Source of the DNA: Myxococcota bacterium | GTDB taxonomy: Bacteria; Myxococcota_A; Polyangia; Polyangiales; Sandaracinaceae | NCBI GenBank assembly: GCA_036149055.1 | Contig: JAYZQJ010000268.1 | Span: 1 to 64,000, forward strand | DNA length: 64,000 nt | Direction of reading: 5' to 3' | Shown here: piece after piece, positions 60,414-64,000 of the stretch | Numbering within the stretch: position 1 is the stretch's first letter | How the letters are laid out: every line of letters starts with the position of its first letter | Notes under the pieces: model-generated | Databases searched by the model: none | Seen by the model: the letters and a program-made list of their open reading frames with translations, nothing else | What the model was told of the DNA's origin: nothing | Translations under genes and position numbers: made by a program

Positions 60414-61718
60414 TCAGACCTCGAAGTCGCCCGCCTCGAGCAGCTCGTGGATGCGGTAGAGGAAGCCGTTGGCCTCGACGCCGTCGACCACGCGGTGATC
60501 GTAGCTGAGCGCCATGAACATCACCGGGTGGATGACCATCGCGTCCACGCCGTCCTGCTCGACGACGACGACGCGCTTCTTGATCTCGCCCATGCGCAGG
60601 ATGCCGACGTTCGGCTGGCTGATGATCGCGCCGCCGACGAGGTTGCCCTTGCGGCCGGGGTTCGAGATCGTGAAGGTCTTCCCGCTCAGGTCGTCGGGCG
60701 TGAGCTTGCCGTCGCGGGCCTTCTCCGCCACCTCGCCGATCGCGCGGGCGAGGCCGCGCACGCTCAGCTCGTCGGCGTGCTTGATGACCGGCACCACGAG
60801 GCCGTCGTCGGTCTCGACGGCGATCCCGAGGTTGATCTCCTTCAGCAGCGCGGTGCTCTCGTCGAGGACCCGGGCGTTCATCGCGCGGTGCTCGCGCAGC
60901 GCCCGACAGGTCGCCGCGGCGACGAAGGCGAGGTGCGAGAGGTTGATGCCCTCGGCGCGGAGCGCCTTCTTGTGCTGCTCGCGGAGCTGGTTGGTCGCGT
61001 GGATGTCGGTCTCGGCGAAGGTGACCACGTGAGGCGAGGTCAGCTTCGAGTAGACCATGTGGTCGGCGATGATCCGGCGGCGCCGGCTCCACGGCACCAC
61101 CTCGTCGCCGGGCCGCTCCTGGAACGGCGGGACGCGGAAGCTGCCGCTCTCGAACTTCATGCCGGTCTGGCCGCCCGAGGCGCGCGCGGGGGCCTGACGG
61201 GGCGCGGGGGGCACGTCGGCGCGCCGGGCGGGCTGCGCGGCCGGCTGCGCGGGGGCCTCGGCCTTCGTGCCTCCGCCCGCCGCCTTCATCACGTCCTCGC
61301 GGGTGATGCGGCCGTGCTCTCCGGTGCCCTGCACCGCGCCGAGATCCACGTCGTGCTCGCGGGCGAGCTTGCGCACCGACGGAGTCGCCGCGGGCGGCTC
61401 GGCCGGCTCCTTGGCCGGCTCGGCGGCGGGCTCGGGGGACGGAGCGGCCTGCGCCTCACCGCCGCCCGCGCTCGCCTCGGCGTTCGCGTCGATCGTGCAG
61501 AGCTCCGCCCCGACCGAGATCGTCTCGCCGGTCTGGGCGAGGATCTTCGTGACGACGCCGTCTTCGGGCGCCGGGATCTCGGTGTCCGTCTTGTCGGTCA
61601 GGATCGTGACGAGGGGCTGGTCGCGTGAGACCTTCTCGCCTTCCTTCACGAGCCAGTCGCCGATCTCTCCCTCGACGATGCTCTCGCCGAGCTGAGGCAT
61701 GGTCACCGTGGTCGCCAT
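60414..61718 (-). CDS. 2-oxoacid dehydrogenase E2 (dihydrolipoamide acyltransferase)
   Basis: Lipoyl domain MPQLGES..TDK, PSBD GTGEHGRITRED, catalytic DHRVVDG. Confidence 0.95.
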   Translation of the reverse strand: MATTVTMPQLGESIVEGEIGDWLVKEGEKVSRDQPLVTILTDKTDTEIPAPEDGVVTKILAQTGETISVGAELCTIDANAEASAGGGEAQAAPSPEPAAEPAKEPAEPPAATPSVRKLAREHDVDLGAVQGTGEHGRITREDVMKAAGGGTKAEAPAQPAAQPARRADVPPAPRQAPARASGGQTGMKFESGSFRVPPFQERPGDEVVPWSRRRRIIADHMVYSKLTSPHVVTFAETDIHATNQLREQHKKALRAEGINLSHLAFVAAATCRALREHRAMNARVLDESTALLKEINLGIAVETDDGLVVPVIKHADELSVRGLARAIGEVAEKARDGKLTPDDLSGKTFTISNPGRKGNLVGGAIISQPNVGILRMGEIKKRVVVVEQDGVDAMVIHPVMFMALSYDHRVVDGVEANGFLYRIHELLEAGDFEV

Positions 61719-61857
61719 CGCTAGAGTCCTCCAGAGCGGATGCGGATGTGAGGCGCGGTATCGCGCAAAAAGCCGTGGGGCTCAAGTACGGAACCTTCCG
61801 TGGCGCGAGGCGTCCCGCTTTGCAAGCGCATCAGTACGTCACAGAGTGAGGCAGCCC

Positions 61858-62031
61858 ATGGCGAATCTGGAAGAAGAGGCCTTCAAGCGGGACCGTCGGT
61901 TCCTGTGGCGGCTGGTGCTGGTCCTGGTGGTCGGCGCCATGGCCGGCGTCTGGATGTTCGCCGAGCTGACCGGCGAGCGCGTGGCCGGCTGCGCCGCGGA
62001 GAGCTTCGGCGGGGTCACCGGCGCTCGCTGA
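61858..62031 (+). CDS. small single-TM membrane protein
   Basis: GAGG RBS then ATG; one hydrophobic helix. Confidence 0.55.
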   Translation: MANLEEEAFKRDRRFLWRLVLVLVVGAMAGVWMFAELTGERVAGCAAESFGGVTGAR

Positions 62032-62119
62032 ACGGCCGCAAAGCGGTCGATCTGGGCCGGCGGCCGGGGTAGAGTCCCGCCGCACGCGCCCACGGCGCGC
62101 CCTTCGAACCGGAGCCGAG

Positions 62120-62446
62120 ATGCTGAAGCAGCTGGACAAGGAAGACCGTCTTCGCCTGATGAAGTTCGTGTGCTCGTTCGCCTGGGCGGACCTCCAGATC
62201 GCCGAGAGCGAGGTGAAGATGGTCCAGAAGCTCGTGCGGAAGCTGAAGCTCGACGACGACGAGAAGAAGCAGGTCGAGCAGTGGCTCGAGCTGCCGCCGA
62301 CCGCCGAAGAGCTCGACCCGACGCAGATCCCGCAGGAGCACCGCGCCCTCTTCCTCACCACGGTCCGCGAGATGATCGAGGTGGACGGCGACATCGCCGA
62401 GGAAGAGGTCGAGAACTTCGAGCTCCTCGAGCAGCTGCTCACCTGA
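62120..62446 (+). CDS. TerB-like (tellurite-resistance family) protein
   Basis: Two acidic motifs, AWADLQIAESE and EVDGDIAEEE. Confidence 0.8.
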   Translation: MLKQLDKEDRLRLMKFVCSFAWADLQIAESEVKMVQKLVRKLKLDDDEKKQVEQWLELPPTAEELDPTQIPQEHRALFLTTVREMIEVDGDIAEEEVENFELLEQLLT

Positions 62447-62461
62447 CCCCGCGAGCTGCGG

Positions 62462-64000
62462 TTGGGCTGGGACGCCGAGCTCGCGATCGCCGCCGGGCGC
62501 ATCGATCTCCTGATCGAGGGCGTCCGGGAGGCGCGGGGCATCGCGGCGCGCAGGTTCGCGCGCGACGCCCTCGCGCGCGGCCTGATGAACGCGGACCCCG
62601 GCGCGGTCTCGGAGGCGGATCGCGCGGCGGCCCTGAGCCTGAAGGTCGATCCCTCGACCGTCGCCGCCGCCTCGGCGCCGCGGCTGCCGCACGCGGTGGC
62701 CGTGCCCCTGGTCGCGCGCGATCGCGGGGTCGGGTTCGTCCGACAGGTGCACGTCGCCTTCGACCCGGTCGGGCTCTGGGTGGACGAGGGCTGGCTCGAC
62801 CCGACGGCCCGCCGCGCGCTCGGCGACGCCCTCGCCGCCGCCGCCCGGGTCGCCTCGCCGCCGCGCGAGCTCGAGCAGTACCGGCTGGTGGCCGCGCAGC
62901 CGGCCGCGCTCCGTCGCTCCCGGGTGGACGGCCCCTCCCTGGCGGCGGCCGCGCTCGCCTCGGCGGTCTCGCTCTGGACCGAGCGCCCGGTCCGCGACGA
63001 CACCGTGGTCACCGGCGCGGTCCGGGGCGACGCGGTGCTGCCGGTGGGCGAGATGGGGGCCAAGGTCGAGGCGGCGGCGGCGCACGGGGCCACCCCGATC
63101 CTGGTGCCCGCGGGTGACGCCGCCGAGGCGCGCCGTCGCGCGGGCGAGGGCCTCGCGGTGGTCCCGATCGACGGGGTCGAGGCGCTCCTCGCCGAGGCGC
63201 TCGCGCCGGCCGAGGCGCGCGTCCACCCGGACCGGGCGATGGACGAGGCCCGGCGGGTCTTCTCGAGCGGGTGGCGCGGCTACCGCTGGCCCACCGTGCG
63301 CGAGACCCTGTCGCGCCTCGGCGGCACCCTGCCCGAGGGCCGGCTCGACCTGCGCGTGGAGGCCCTGACCCGGCTCGCCGCCGCGCACCGCCACCTCGGC
63401 GACCCGGCGGGCAGCCTGGATCTGTTGCGCGAGGCGGAGGCGATCGCGGGGTCCGAGGAGGGCCGCGCCGCGGTGCCCGACGCGCCGCTGACCTACCTCT
63501 TCCAGCACATGGCGATGACGCACCGGCAGCTCTGCCGCTTCGAGGAGGCGACCGAGAGCGCGGCCCGCAGCGTGGCGATCGCGCGGACGGCCCGGCTCCG
63601 CGGGGAGCTGATCAAGGCGCTCGGCTGCGCGGGCCTGGTCGCGATGTCGGAGGCGCGCACCGCGGACGCGATCGCGGCCTTCGGGGAGTCGCTCGAGGTG
63701 GCCGAGCGCCACGACCCCACCCGGAACGCCCGGACGCGCGCCTACCTGATCGAGGCCCACGCGGCCGCCGGCGACGAGGAGGGCGCGCGGACCCAGGCCG
63801 AGGCCGCGCTCGCCGCGCTGCGGGACGCGGGCGAGGACGGCGGCTCGCGCGAGAGCTGGGTGCGCACGAGCTGGGCCGGGGCGCTGCTCGCGCTCCGCCG
63901 CCCCGACGAGGCGATCGCCGCCCTCGACGTGCCCGCGGTCCGGGCCAGCCTCGAGGAGGAGCCCCTCCCCGGCCTGCTCGCCCGCCGCCACCTCGGGGTG
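62462..64000 (+). CDS. Lon-type (S16) protease domain + TPR protein, 3' truncated by the window
   Basis: Manually translated open frame absent from the ORF track: VDGPSLAAA..TG...VLPVG..AK, then TPR-like helices; no stop before 64000. Confidence 0.75.
   Translation, partial: MGWDAELAIAAGRIDLLIEGVREARGIAARRFARDALARGLMNADPGAVSEADRAAALSLKVDPSTVAAASAPRLPHAVAVPLVARDRGVGFVRQVHVAFDPVGLWVDEGWLDPTARRALGDALAAAARVASPPRELEQYRLVAAQPAALRRSRVDGPSLAAAALASAVSLWTERPVRDDTVVTGAVRGDAVLPVGEMGAKVEAAAAHGATPILVPAGDAAEARRRAGEGLAVVPIDGVEALLAEALAPAEARVHPDRAMDEARRVFSSGWRGYRWPTVRETLSRLGGTLPEGRLDLRVEALTRLAAAHRHLGDPAGSLDLLREAEAIAGSEEGRAAVPDAPLTYLFQHMAMTHRQLCRFEEATESAARSVAIARTARLRGELIKALGCAGLVAMSEARTADAIAAFGESLEVAERHDPTRNARTRAYLIEAHAAAGDEEGARTQAEAALAALRDAGEDGGSRESWVRTSWAGALLALRRPDEAIAALDVPAVRASLEEEPLPGLLARRHLGV

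Noticed and set aside
61800..61825. Sigma-54-like TGGCGC / TTGCA elements
   Set aside because: The GG-to-GC spacing is not the required 10 bp.
62444..62470. Selenocysteine readthrough at the terB TGA
   Set aside because: Only a weak 4-bp stem follows, there is no convincing SECIS, and TerB is complete at this stop.

Overview
Very GC-rich bacterial chromosome segment, almost certainly from a myxobacterium (Polyangiales/Sandaracinaceae-like). This is inferred from a MYXO-CTERM protein, many Cys-rich lipoproteins, TPR/PEGA proteins, a Ser/Thr kinase and a sigma-54 activator. About 60 genes are present. Housekeeping genes (atpD-atpC, gdhA, rnc, HU, a 2-oxoacid dehydrogenase E2) are interspersed with secreted and lipoprotein genes, regulators (ArsR, TetR, NtrC-type, STAND-type, single-domain receivers), lipid enzymes (FAAL, FadL-like, PlsC-like, P450) and one RAYT-type HUH transposase. 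I saw no rRNA, tRNA, CRISPR array or prophage. Most notable: (1) a eukaryote-like TGS1 (RNA cap guanine-N2) methyltransferase fused to a degenerate kinase-like domain; (2) a gene missing from the ORF track that encodes an ATPase-less Lon-type Ser-Lys protease fused to TPRs, in frame behind terB and running off the window end; (3) several sigma-54 promoters, one driving the RAYT and one with three GTCTC-N5-GAGAC boxes upstream; (4) a well-supported CTG start codon; (5) catalytic-motif variants in a histidine kinase and an acyltransferase; (6) MITE/REP-like palindromic elements, an RCC1 gene remnant and a helically phased AT-tract array upstream of HU. All family assignments come from motif recognition by eye; no database searches were run.
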